A program made the translations under genes and the position numbers. This document shows, in pieces, positions 50,823 to 60,990 of a stretch of DNA of 64,000 nucleotides. The notes under the pieces are model-generated. The model worked only from the letters and a program-made list of their open reading frames with translations. It ran no database searches and was not told the origin of the DNA. The DNA lies in assembly GCA_965238005.1 (NCBI GenBank), contig OZ250165.1:800001-864000 (forward strand). Reading direction: 5' to 3'. The first letter of the stretch is position 1. Every line of letters starts with the position of its first letter. The DNA comes from Longimicrobiales bacterium. GTDB lineage: Bacteria > Gemmatimonadota > Gemmatimonadetes > Longimicrobiales > Gaopeijiaceae.

Positions 50823-52887
50823 TCTCGAGGCCTTCTACGAGGAATTTTTCCAGGAGGTACACAGTACCGCTGAGGCGGATCAACAACTCGCCGAGGATGC
50901 CTTCTTCGACCTCTTTTGTCGCGAGCTGGTCGAATCTGGGGAGCTAGATACTGCCGATCGGGCGCAGTACATCGGGGCAAGAGGGTTGCGCGTCGATGGG
51001 TACGGAGGTGACCCGATCGAGACGAATGGGCCCTTCACGTTGATCATTGCGGACTTCAAGCAGTCGAACGAGGTCTCGACGCTCACGGCCACCGAGATGA
51101 CGGCAATCTTCAAGCGACTTGAGAACTTCCTGACCAAATCTATGGATCCGGACTTCCGCAACAGCCTTGAGGAGACCGCCCCCGGGTTTGGCCTTGCAGA
51201 TCTCATCGGTCGGCGTGTAAAGGGCACTTCGAAGATCAGGCTGCTGCTCATCAGCAACCGCCTTCTGAGCTCCCGCGTCGATAGCCGTGAGGCTGGTGAA
51301 TTTCAGGGTATTCCCCTCACATATGGAGTCTGGGACATTGGGCGCCTCCATCGATACGTGACCTCCGGTCGCGGTCGTGAAGACCTTGAGATCGACCTCG
51401 TGGCGGACTTCGGTGGCCCGCTCCTTCTCTTACCTGCACACCTTGATGGAGCTGGATATGAGGCGTACCTAGCGGCTGTTCCAGGAAGTCAGCTCGCCTC
51501 GATCTACGACCGGTGGGGAGCGAGACTGCTTGAGCAGAACGTCCGGTGCTTCTTGCAGGCCCGAAGCAAGGTGAACAAGGGAATCCGGAATACGATTCAG
51601 AATGATCCCGAGATGTTCTTCGCGTATAACAACGGAATCACCGCCACAGCTGAGAGCATCCGTACAGAACAGACTGCTCGAGGTCTACTACTGACCCATG
51701 TCACGAACTTCCAAATCGTGAACGGGGGCCAGACGACTGCCTCGCTCCATGCTGGGAGGCGGAACAAGGAAGTCGACCTTTCCAAGGTCTTCGTCCAAAT
51801 GAAACTCTCGATCGTGGATCCTGAGCAGTCCGAGGTGGTCGTGCCGAAGATTTCCGAGTTTGCTAACAGTCAGAATCGGGTCAACGCGGCAGACTTCTTC
51901 GCCAACCACCCATTCCACGTCCGGATGGAGGAGTTCTCGAGAAGGATCTTCGCACCGGCACCGGACGGGACGTTCGTCCAATCGAAATGGTTCTATGAGC
52001 GTGCGCGAGGCCAGTATCTCGATGCGCGAGCGTATCTCACGCAGGCACAACGGAAGCGGTTCGATCTTGAGTATCCAAGGAACCAGACGTTCTCAAAGAC
52101 CGATTTGGCCAAGTTTATAAACGTGTGGCACGGACACCCCGATATAGTAAGCAAGGGTGCCCAGAAGAATTTCGCGAATTTCGCGATGAGAATCGGAAGG
52201 GAGTTCGCGACCGCGCCGGACGGGTTCAACGAGACGTACTACAAGCACTCCATAGCCAAGGCGATCGTGTTCCGGCATGTCGAGAAGCTCGTGACGCGGC
52301 AGGATTGGTATGAGGGCGGGTACCGAGCTAATGTTGTGGCCTACACCATCGCGAAGCTGGCGCACGACCTAGGTGCTCGAAGGCAGGCTGTGGACCTTGA
52401 CAGCATCTGGCGGAGACAGGCCGTATCCCCAACTCTGAACGAGACTCTGTGCATAATCGCGAAGGCCGTTCATGATGTGATCGTTGATCCTCCCGAAGGG
52501 ATGCGCAACGTCACAGAGTGGGCCAAAAAGCAGGGGTGCTGGCAGCGGGTCCAGGATCCTGCGCCGGATCTGCCCATAGGACTGGACGCAGACCTTGTCA
52601 CAATGGAGCAGCGCAAATCAGCCGAACAGGCGGCGGTCAAGGAGCAGAAGGTCCTGAATGAGGTTGAGGCACTTATGGCTGTGTTTGAGGCAGGGAGTGA
52701 CCTCTGGCAGAACGTGAAGGATTGGGGAGAGAGCCATCGACTCCTGTCCCTGAAGGAGGCCGGCATCCTCGAGTCGGCCTGCTCAATGCCTGACCAGCTT
52801 CCAAGTGAAAAACAGAGCCTTGTGATCCTCGAGACGCTCAGGAAGCTCCAAGCAGAGGGGTGTCCGCTCGGCGATGGAATAGCGTGA
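50812..52887 (+). CDS. mzaE: AIPR-family protein (MzaE-like)
   Basis: LLEQNVRCFL, FFAYNNGIT, QIVNGGQTT, ANSQN, WFYERARGQY. Confidence 0.93.
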   Translation: MSTDLEAFYEEFFQEVHSTAEADQQLAEDAFFDLFCRELVESGELDTADRAQYIGARGLRVDGYGGDPIETNGPFTLIIADFKQSNEVSTLTATEMTAIFKRLENFLTKSMDPDFRNSLEETAPGFGLADLIGRRVKGTSKIRLLLISNRLLSSRVDSREAGEFQGIPLTYGVWDIGRLHRYVTSGRGREDLEIDLVADFGGPLLLLPAHLDGAGYEAYLAAVPGSQLASIYDRWGARLLEQNVRCFLQARSKVNKGIRNTIQNDPEMFFAYNNGITATAESIRTEQTARGLLLTHVTNFQIVNGGQTTASLHAGRRNKEVDLSKVFVQMKLSIVDPEQSEVVVPKISEFANSQNRVNAADFFANHPFHVRMEEFSRRIFAPAPDGTFVQSKWFYERARGQYLDARAYLTQAQRKRFDLEYPRNQTFSKTDLAKFINVWHGHPDIVSKGAQKNFANFAMRIGREFATAPDGFNETYYKHSIAKAIVFRHVEKLVTRQDWYEGGYRANVVAYTIAKLAHDLGARRQAVDLDSIWRRQAVSPTLNETLCIIAKAVHDVIVDPPEGMRNVTEWAKKQGCWQRVQDPAPDLPIGLDADLVTMEQRKSAEQAAVKEQKVLNEVEALMAVFEAGSDLWQNVKDWGESHRLLSLKEAGILESACSMPDQLPSEKQSLVILETLRKLQAEGCPLGDGIA

Positions 52888-53360
52888 GGCGGAGCGCGCC
52901 GGGCGGGTAACGGAAATGGTACGCCCCACATATTGGAGCTAAGCTGGATTCCCAGCCAGCCCCCTAGCGGCACAGACGGTTGGAGGTTCTAACTCGGCGG
53001 GTGCTGCGAGGCCCTAGCTGGGCTAGGGAGACGCAAACTCCTAATGTCCGGCCCTTAAATCAATGTTCAGTAATGCGTGGATCCATCAAACTGCACCTGT
53101 CCGGCCACTGACCCCACCCGATGGCCTCGGACTCAAGGACTCCAAGGCTGATCGCTCGAACTCGTCCGCAGACCTCTTCTATGGTCTAATGGATTCCCGT
53201 TCAGAAAGTGGGATTTAATGAGGGGATCAAAGCGAGTTGATCAGTAGTAAGTCATTAATTATCAATAACTTATAATTTATCTGACGTTGCCGACCCAGCG
53301 CCGGGCGAGGAAAGTGGCGAGTGACGAGGGGGCGCTCCGAGGTGATATCGTGCGTCCGCC

Positions 53361-53652
53361 GTCGAGCGGAGCTACGCACGGCCGGAGCTGTTCGAGAAGC
53401 GCCGCGGGCTGATGGATCGGTGGGCAGCGTAACTGACCGGTGGCGGCGCAACGGCTGTACGCCTGCATGGATGAGTCGAGATTCACGGCGCGGATCGTCC
53501 GGGATCAGGAGAAAGTTCTAGAGAGCTTGTGACCAGCCCCAGCTGCGTAGTCAAGAGGTGACGATCCAGTCGGCCAGGAACTCAGCCTGCCCGTCGGTCA
53601 GTTGCCGGCGGCGCTGGAGCAGATCCGAGCGAGCGTAGGCCGCTTCCGCCGA
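53361..53652. pseudogene. two convergent P4-integrase C-terminal remnants
   Basis: + strand VERSYARPELFEKRRGLMDRWAA*; - strand AEAAYARSDLLQRRRQL. Confidence 0.65.
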
Positions 53653-53709
53653 ATCCGGGCCAGACTGCAGCGTAGACCCCAAAAGACCTGCTGATTTCCT
53701 CCATACGGC

Positions 53710-55650
53710 CTATGGGAGTTCGAAGAGGAAGGGACGAAGGAACTCGATCGTACGCCCGGCGGCCCCTGCCCCGATAAGGGTGTTCACGTCGTGGCCGACG
53801 CCAGGATAGAGGTGTTCCTCGAATTCCTCTTCCGTCTTTCCCGCCGCATGCATTACCTCGATCAACCGGTGGGCCTGGCTGACGGCCACGACGGTGTCCG
53901 CGGTCCCATGGTGCAGTTGGACCGGCGGGAGACGATCGATGAAATACACTCCGGAACGGCGTACCAACGCAAGCCGAGCCGCCGCGTCGGAGAGTTTCCG
54001 CAGCTGCCAGGGCAAGATGACAGTCTCGTTGAGGTATTCGAGACCGGGAAGATCCCGGAGCTCGCCGTCGAGCGCCTCCTCGAAGATCTCACGTGCATAC
54101 TCACCGAACAGGTCCGTCGGGCCGAAGAACTCGACGACGGCGTCGATCCTCGGATCGCGCGCGGCCGTCAGGAGGCCCACAGCGCCCCCCCGACTGAACC
54201 CCAAGGCGGCTACCCTCTCCTCGTCCAGCTCCGGCGCTTCGTCGATCACGACGGAGAGAAGTGACATGGTGTCGTCGATGTCCCAGTCCCAGGGGCTAGG
54301 TGGACCCTCGGACAAGAATACCTGGTCCGCGAATTCGAGGGGCTCCGACCGATAGGACGGTACCACGAAGGCGGCGCTGTGGCCCTGCAGTAACGAATTC
54401 GCGAGAAAAACGTCGTCGAGCTCCACGCCTTGGTCCCCGCCATGGGCATAGACGATCACGGGAAGGGAGCCGGGCTCCTCCGCACCGGCCGGAGTCACCA
54501 CCGCGCCGTAGTGCCGGTACCCCCCTACGGTGTGAGACAGGATCCGGACCTTGAGAAGTCCGCCTCCCAAGGGCGGCTGCAGGTTACGTTCGAATTCAAG
54601 GCGAACCCCACTCACCTCGGGCTCACGGGCCTCCCACTCCGCCTCCACCTGTGCGATCTCCATCGCCGTGGGCGGGGCCAACAGAACGTCGAGGTCCGCT
54701 CCGCCGCGGGGCGCTTCTACGGTGACCTCGAAGGTCTGGGTGGCGCTGAGGCCTCCGGGATCGGTCGCAGTCACCCTGACGGTCGCAGTCCCCGGAGCCG
54801 CGCCGGTCACCGTGACATCGCTGCCGGAAACACTCACCGTGGCGACATCCAAAGCGTCTGAGTCGGCCTCATAGCTCAAGGCGTCCCCATCGGGATCGGA
54901 AAAGGCCCCGGAAACATCCACCGCCACCTCCGTTCCCTCTACCACGCTCTGGTCCGGAACCGCGGCCGACACTGTCGGCGCCCGGTTGGCGCTGATGACG
55001 GTGACCTCGAAGGTCTGGGTGGCGCTGAGGCCTCCGGGATCGGTCGCAGTCACCCTGACGGTCGCACTCCCCGGAGCCGCGCCGGTCACCGTGACATCGC
55101 TGCCGGAAACACTCACCGTGGCGACATCCAAAGCGTCTGAGTCGGCCTCATAGCTCAAGGCGTCCCCATCGGGATCGGAAAAGGCCCCGGAAACATCCAC
55201 CGCCACCTCCGTTCCCTCTACCACGCTCTGGTCCGGGATCGCGGCCGACACCGCCGGCGCCCGGTTGGCGCTGATGACGGTGACCTCGAAGGTCCCGGTG
55301 GCACTCAGGCCTCCGGGGTCGGTTGCGGTCACCGTGATCGTCGCACTCCCCGGAGCCACGCCGGTCACCGTGACATCGCTTCCGGAGACGCTCGCCGTGG
55401 CAACATCCGAAGCGTCCGAGTCGGCCTCATAGCTCAAGGCGTCCCCATCGGGGTCGGAAAAGGCCCCGGAAACATCCACCGCCACCTCCGTTCCCTCTAC
55501 CACGCTCTGGTCCGGAATCGCGGCTGACGCTGTCGGTGCGCGGTTGGGGGGCGGTGCGGGTGGGCTCGTGGGCGTCTGAGTTCCACCATCACCGCACGCG
55601 ACGACGAACTGCAGCATGAGCACTGCAACAAACACGTTCAGACGCTGCAT
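53710..55650 (-). CDS. lipoprotein with three Ig-like repeats and a C-terminal alpha/beta hydrolase (S9-like)
   Basis: Lipobox VVAC; 3x NRAP..DVSGAFSDPDGDALSY..TATDPGGLSA near-identical at DNA level; HGG, GFSRGG, HGTADTVV, GVGH. Confidence 0.88.
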   Translation of the reverse strand: MQRLNVFVAVLMLQFVVACGDGGTQTPTSPPAPPPNRAPTASAAIPDQSVVEGTEVAVDVSGAFSDPDGDALSYEADSDASDVATASVSGSDVTVTGVAPGSATITVTATDPGGLSATGTFEVTVISANRAPAVSAAIPDQSVVEGTEVAVDVSGAFSDPDGDALSYEADSDALDVATVSVSGSDVTVTGAAPGSATVRVTATDPGGLSATQTFEVTVISANRAPTVSAAVPDQSVVEGTEVAVDVSGAFSDPDGDALSYEADSDALDVATVSVSGSDVTVTGAAPGTATVRVTATDPGGLSATQTFEVTVEAPRGGADLDVLLAPPTAMEIAQVEAEWEAREPEVSGVRLEFERNLQPPLGGGLLKVRILSHTVGGYRHYGAVVTPAGAEEPGSLPVIVYAHGGDQGVELDDVFLANSLLQGHSAAFVVPSYRSEPLEFADQVFLSEGPPSPWDWDIDDTMSLLSVVIDEAPELDEERVAALGFSRGGAVGLLTAARDPRIDAVVEFFGPTDLFGEYAREIFEEALDGELRDLPGLEYLNETVILPWQLRKLSDAAARLALVRRSGVYFIDRLPPVQLHHGTADTVVAVSQAHRLIEVMHAAGKTEEEFEEHLYPGVGHDVNTLIGAGAAGRTIEFLRPFLFELP

Positions 55651-55764
55651 GAGGCCTGCCCGGCTCAGTGGACTGCTGAGGGATTTCCGTTTGACATCCG
55701 AATCGCACTCGGAAACGATAGTTTGTCAAGGAAAAAATAACTTGATCCACCTACCGTGGAAGGC

Positions 55765-55830
55765 GACGGGCCTCAGCATCAAGAACGACGAGACGTGCCG
55801 GCTGGCGAGCGAACTGCCTCGGCGGATCGG
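55765..55830 (+). pseudogene. VapB (Rv0623-like) antitoxin remnant
   Basis: GLSIKNDETCRLASEL motif without a valid start or continuation. Confidence 0.4.
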
Positions 55831-56150
55831 CACCGCCACCCCTCGATCGAAGAACTCGACACGGATCGAATCAGCCTCGGCAGTGGAAAGCGCGTGATCG
55901 CGAGGACTGGACGGCTCGACCGCACGCACCGGATCACCGTGGCGGGGACGTGGAATGCCGACGAATGAGATCCACCGCCCGCATGTCCAAACCTTGCCCT
56001 TCGTCGCCGAGGAATCGGCACTCGCTCTGAGGACAGCGCTGCCGGACAACGGGACCGAAGACGAGTCCACGGGTCGCGCGTACGGTTCTCGCTCGCCAGT
56101 TTGAACGCGCGATGCCATACACGTGGTGCCTAACGAGGGGAGCCGGGACG

Positions 56151-56764
56151 ATGGAAGACTGGAGCTGTCCCCGACTGGATCGTCGGCAAGCGCTCCACCT
56201 GATCGGAGCGGGAGGGCTCGGTCTCCTTGCAGCCGGAAGAACTGCCGGAGGTCTCTTCGCGGCGCCGAGGCGTGCAGGGTCCGGAGCGCGGCAGGTCTCC
56301 TTCCAGGAGGGCGCGGTCATCCGCACGATCTTCACCGATCTGTCTCCGGATGCGCTCGCGCATGCACGACGCTATTCCATGAGCACCTCGACGGCGTCTA
56401 CTCGCGCGAGACGCGCCAGCTCCAGCTTCCGCCTCCGTCGTCGGCCAATATCGCTCCCGTGATTGCCGACATCGAAGAGGTGATGGACAGCGGCGTGATC
56501 TGCATCGTCGACGCGGGGCATCCCGATATGGGTGTGAACTACGACCACCTCAGGCAGATCTCCACAGAGACCGGCCTTCACGTCGTGGCGAGCGGCGGGT
56601 ATTACCTGCGGAACACCTATCCCGCCGAGATCTCGACGATGACCGAGGACCAGATCGCGGCACGACTCGTCGCCGAGGCCAACGCTGGTCGGTTTGGCGC
56701 GTACGGGGAGATCGGCAACATGGCCGGGCGCGCCGAATTCTTCCCCGACGAGATCAAGGTCTTC
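56151..56764 (+). pseudogene. Tat-exported phosphotriesterase-family protein, frameshifted and IS3-truncated
   Basis: DRRQAL twin-arginine signal; TLFHEHL, IVDAG, VVASGGYY, GEIG; frameshift near 56360. Confidence 0.75.
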
Positions 56765-56930
56765 TGACCTGCCCCCAAGAGCGGTACCACATCCTATGTT
56801 AGTCCCAGCACCTGTGGAGGGCCGTGAAGGACGGGCATCCTCAGGAACCAGGGCGACGGCTTAATCGCCTCAGGGGCCGGGGAAAGCCGCCGCAGGCGCT
56901 GTGGGGTCGGACGGTATTCTCGGGCGGTAA
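56765..56930 (-). mobile_element. IS3-family right end with orfB C-terminal remnant
   Basis: TGACCTGCCCCC terminus at 56765; NTVRPHSA and PAPEA peptides on the minus strand. Confidence 0.75.
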
Positions 56931-57054
56931 CGCCGTCCGGTTGTAGGCGCGGCCGTTCGGATCCCTCACCGCGTCGGCCAACTGATGTCCACAATGGTGC
57001 GCGCCATCGCACGAAACGTACTCCACAAGGTGGCGTGGATATGTGACGACGGTA

Positions 57055-57175
57055 GGGATTCCCGCCAAACGATTCCGTTTTTCCGGCTATAGGGACACGA
57101 TGGAGTCAGGTCTTGTCAAACGGCAAGTGCGGCAGATCGTGCAGTCCTGATTGAACTTAGACGATTTCTTGCCGT
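57055..57175 (-). repeat. inverted copy of the 12861-12981 att-like element
   Basis: Reverse complement aligns by eye; first ~55 nt have few mismatches. Confidence 0.85.
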
Positions 57176-57325
57176 AAAACACACAACTTGAATCCGATAC
57201 CGTCCAAGGAGTTCCGGGTAGGTGCATAACATCCAGTATTTACAACAGGTTACGTAGTTTATTTCTTGTCTCGTTCTCCAGCAGTGCCCTTTGTGATCCC
57301 GTTCCATCCCAGTTATGATTGGGGG

Positions 57326-58561
57326 ATGGATAATGTAATTCGATCTCCCGTCAAGCGCCGCCTAGGCAAGCCCAAGGGCCGCCATCCCCACAAGCGGCTC
57401 TCGAGCGCCTTCGTGCGCTCGGCACCGCCCGGCAGGCACTGCGATGGCAACGGTCTCTACCTTTACGTCCAGAAGACCGGAACCCGGAGTTGGATTCAGC
57501 GGCTCGTGATCCGGGGCCGCAAGCGCGAGCTCGGACTCGGCAACGCCCAACTGGTCTTGCTCGCCGAGGCGCGGGAGCAGGCGCTGGCCAACCGCAAGCT
57601 TGCCCGCGCGGGCGGCGATCCGCTGGCCGAGAAGCGGCGTTCGGCGGGCATTCCCACCTTCGCCGAGGCCGCTAAGCGCGTCATCGAGCAGAAGAGCGCC
57701 GGATGGCGCAACGCGGCGGTGCCGAGGAACTGGTATCGCAGCTTCGAGATTCACGTCTTCCCAAGGATCGGGAGGGTGCCGGTCTCCGAGATGACGAGCG
57801 CCGACGTGCTCGAGATCCTCACACCCATCTGGCACGCGAACCCGCCGACGGCCCGGATCGTTCGCCACCGCATCCGCGCCGTGCTGGAATGGGCCATCGC
57901 CATGGACTGGAGAACGGACAACCCGTGCGACCGGCTCCTGCCGGTGCTCGGCTCCCAGCAACATGTCGTCAGACACCGGAAGGCCCTGCCTCACCGCGAG
58001 GTGGGGGCGGCCACCGAGAAGGTCCGGGCGGCGAAGGCGGGCAAGGTGGACGCGCTGGCGTTCGAGTTCATGGTGCTCACGGCGGCGCGGGGCGTCGAGG
58101 TCCGCGGGGCGATATGGAGCGAGATCGACCGGGAGGAGCGCGTCTGGACGATCCCCGCGAGCCGGATGAAGAGCCTGCGCGCGCACCGTGTGCCGCTGTG
58201 CGGCCGCGCGCTGGAGATTCTCGACGCGGCGCGGAAGCTGGGCGGCGGCGGGAGTCCGATCGTGTTCGTCGGCAAGCGCGGCAGAGAGGTGGGCGGCGAG
58301 CAGATGGGCCGGCTGCTCAGGAAGCACGGGATCGCGGCGGTGCCGCATGGGTTCAGGTCGTCGTTCAGGGACTGGGCCGCCGAAGAGACGGACCACCCCC
58401 GCGAAGTCGTCGAGGCGGCCCTGGCCCATGTAGTCCGAAACCCGGTCGAGGCCGCCTACATGCGCTCCGACCTGTTCGAGCGCCGCCGTCGGCTCATGGA
58501 CGACTGGGCAGCCTACCTAGCCAGCGAGGGTCGGGAGCCGGAGGCCGGACGGAGCGGCTGA
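57326..58561 (+). CDS. P4-type tyrosine integrase, paralogue of 39652-40875
   Basis: DGNGLYL, ARGVE, WTIPASRMK, HGFRSSFRDW, LAH, AAYMRSDLFERRR. Confidence 0.95.
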   Translation: MDNVIRSPVKRRLGKPKGRHPHKRLSSAFVRSAPPGRHCDGNGLYLYVQKTGTRSWIQRLVIRGRKRELGLGNAQLVLLAEAREQALANRKLARAGGDPLAEKRRSAGIPTFAEAAKRVIEQKSAGWRNAAVPRNWYRSFEIHVFPRIGRVPVSEMTSADVLEILTPIWHANPPTARIVRHRIRAVLEWAIAMDWRTDNPCDRLLPVLGSQQHVVRHRKALPHREVGAATEKVRAAKAGKVDALAFEFMVLTAARGVEVRGAIWSEIDREERVWTIPASRMKSLRAHRVPLCGRALEILDAARKLGGGGSPIVFVGKRGREVGGEQMGRLLRKHGIAAVPHGFRSSFRDWAAEETDHPREVVEAALAHVVRNPVEAAYMRSDLFERRRRLMDDWAAYLASEGREPEAGRSG

Positions 58562-58678
58562 TCCCCTGCCGAGCTCTTCTCGGCGAGGCCACAGCATGGG
58601 CTGCCCTTGCCCGATTTGACCTGGTAGTAGATAGCTTCTGTTACGTTTAGATCATCATACAGTTCAATTCCAAGTGAG

Positions 58679-59302
58679 ATGCCTGATCAGATTGTATTGC
58701 CGTTGAGTTCGTGGCAGCTGGTGGCGATCGTCGTGGCAATAGCCTTCCTGGTGGTCTTCAAAGCTCCGATCACCCGGTTCATCGATCGTATCAAGAGCGT
58801 CAGCAAGGAAGGTCTCCACACCCATGATGGGGCGCAATTGGCAGCAAAGAAGCCTGAGGCTCTCGCCGAGTATCTCGAAGGCTACCAAAATCCGCTGCTC
58901 CTTGACGTGGAGTCTCGCATTGAGAAGCAGCTTCAAAACCGAGGACTCACCGATCCTACCGAGGTCCGTACGGCCCTGTTGAAGGGCCTCGCAACAAACG
59001 TCATTTTGCGCTCGTTCGAGACGAGTCAATATTCCATCTTCGCAAGTCAGGTATCGGCACTGACCTTCCTTAACGAACAGCCCAAGCCGACAGCCCGGGA
59101 TGCGCTCAAGGCTTTCTACGACAAGGCGGCGACTCACTTCCCAGCATCGTACGAAGACCGCACCTTTGATCAGTGGTTTGGGTTCCTCAGGGGGCAGGAA
59201 TTGGTTGCCGAGGAGGGCACCGACGTAACTATCTCCCGTGTTGGCATAGAGTTCCTGAAATGGCGCGTGGACCAGGGATACGCAGGTCCCTGGCATAGCT
59301 AA
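58679..59302 (+). CDS. hypothetical membrane-anchored protein (207 aa)
   Basis: Strong N-terminal TM; C-terminus ITISRVGIEFL-like winged-helix ending (VTISRVGIEFL). Confidence 0.75.
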   Translation: MPDQIVLPLSSWQLVAIVVAIAFLVVFKAPITRFIDRIKSVSKEGLHTHDGAQLAAKKPEALAEYLEGYQNPLLLDVESRIEKQLQNRGLTDPTEVRTALLKGLATNVILRSFETSQYSIFASQVSALTFLNEQPKPTARDALKAFYDKAATHFPASYEDRTFDQWFGFLRGQELVAEEGTDVTISRVGIEFLKWRVDQGYAGPWHS

Positions 59303-59798
59303 CACTCGGTTCCAGGAGCTAGTGCGAGCCAAGGACTGCCTAAACGGCGCACGGTCTCGGCCCGTGGCGGGTCTGATGGCGTGCCTGCTTCGGCAGCGCG
59401 ACGCAACGCTGGACGGGAACCGATGGCGAAGAAGATTCTAACCGCTGATGCATGGGGCCGTCGACCGATCAGTGCCAAGGGCCGGTTGCACCGGAGTTTG
59501 TTGCATCACTTTCGAGAGAGAGAGAGTAGGCCCCACTCCGCGTGGGATCCCGCCGGTGCCTCCCCATCGCCAGTATGGATGTGCAGGGCGTGGTCTCACA
59601 GCAACTTTGCCGGCAGTGCGCCATTGCCTTACACTCCTTGTCGACGGGGATGCAAGGAGATTGCCTGATGATGTCAGGATCCCCAATGGTCGTCTATGCT
59701 AGCGTCGGTAGTGAACGAGGATCTTTAGTGATCTCTTGTGGCTCCTCATGTGAGACCACTGGTCCCTGCCGTGCTCATGCAATGCCAGGGTTGGGTTC

Positions 59799-60815
59799 AT
59801 GACGACTCTTGCGGCACTCGCATCCAAAGATGCACTCGTCATGGGGACGGACAGCCTTGGCACCGTTACCAGGCGGCTGGTGGATCCGCTCGACCTCTTG
59901 GAGTGCTTTGATCCAAAAGACGATTTCAAGCTCAAGGTCGATGACCAGGGCAAACCGTTACTCGACAGTTTCTCCACCCTTTTGGAACAAGCGCAGGCCG
60001 TTCCGTATAATCAGCTGAGTAATGTTTCGAAGTTGTTCGACCTTAGCCCTCTACCGATGGGGGTTATGTTCACTGGGACAACATCGATAGGCAACCGCAC
60101 TATCGGCAAGTTAATCTCCCAATTCAAAGAAGCGCATCCAGTCTTCGACGTAGATGCTGAGCCATCGAACTATGCAGTTCGATCGGTCGGTACTCGGCTA
60201 CTACAGTCCTTGAGACAATCCTATGCTAGTACGTACCCGCAACCACACGCACGTCCTGAACTAGAACTCATAATTGGCGGCTACGATAATCTAAGCTACT
60301 TGCCTGGCTTATATAGGATTGACGTTCGAGAGGATACAATCGTCGAGATATTCTCGAGTGACTCACCCTTCGGCATCGCATTTAGTGGGCAAAAGGACTG
60401 GATTCAACGAATCGTTTTTGGCACAGATGACAATAACCAAGTTGCTCTGGCTCAGAGGGCACATGATTTGCTTGTCGATTACCATCAACGCGTAAGTGAC
60501 GCTATTGCCAACGCTGGAATCACATTTGAAGTTCCACACCCAGACTCATGGGGTGATGAACTCAATCTTTTCAAAGACTGGAATCTCCAGGGCCTAGATG
60601 CAAACATTGCTGACTTCTCCGAACAGAACGCTATCGATTGTGTAGATTTCCTCATCGAGATCATGATCAGGGCACAAGCTGTTAGTTCGCAATTGCCAAC
60701 GGTCGGAGGTGACATAAACATCGCCGTAATACGTAAGGATGGATTTCGGTTTGTTTCGCGCCAAGAGTGGCGGCACGGCGATCACAGTATCAAGATTCCG
60801 GGGGTCCAGCAATGA
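59799..60815 (+). CDS. proteasome-beta-like Ntn hydrolase (338 aa)
   Basis: After Met removal Thr1 and Asp17 (TTLAALASKDALVMGTDS), SKLF, FTG, LIIGGYD, PTVGGDINIAVIRKDG. Confidence 0.8.
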   Translation: MTTLAALASKDALVMGTDSLGTVTRRLVDPLDLLECFDPKDDFKLKVDDQGKPLLDSFSTLLEQAQAVPYNQLSNVSKLFDLSPLPMGVMFTGTTSIGNRTIGKLISQFKEAHPVFDVDAEPSNYAVRSVGTRLLQSLRQSYASTYPQPHARPELELIIGGYDNLSYLPGLYRIDVREDTIVEIFSSDSPFGIAFSGQKDWIQRIVFGTDDNNQVALAQRAHDLLVDYHQRVSDAIANAGITFEVPHPDSWGDELNLFKDWNLQGLDANIADFSEQNAIDCVDFLIEIMIRAQAVSSQLPTVGGDINIAVIRKDGFRFVSRQEWRHGDHSIKIPGVQQ

Positions 60816-60979
60816 ACGAAAGAAACCGCTTGTATTCAACGGTGAAGGAGGAGCGCGAAAGGGAGGATCTGAAAAAGAAACTGAGGCTAGCCCGCACTGC
60901 CATTGCTAAGGGTGGTGGCATGCCGAAGCGAACGTCGCAGGAGCAAGTGCGCTCTAAAGAGCGACAGAGTCATGACTGA
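60812..60979 (+). CDS. small charged protein (55 aa) coupled to the Ntn hydrolase
   Basis: ATGA overlap with upstream stop; EEREREDLKKKLRLAR helix. Confidence 0.5.
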   Translation: MNERNRLYSTVKEEREREDLKKKLRLARTAIAKGGGMPKRTSQEQVRSKERQSHD

Positions 60980-60990
60980 CTTGATAGGTG

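Noticed and set aside
59423..59470. Possible IS5 transposase start (MAKKILTADAW)
   Set aside because: Too short, with no IR or downstream motifs to support it
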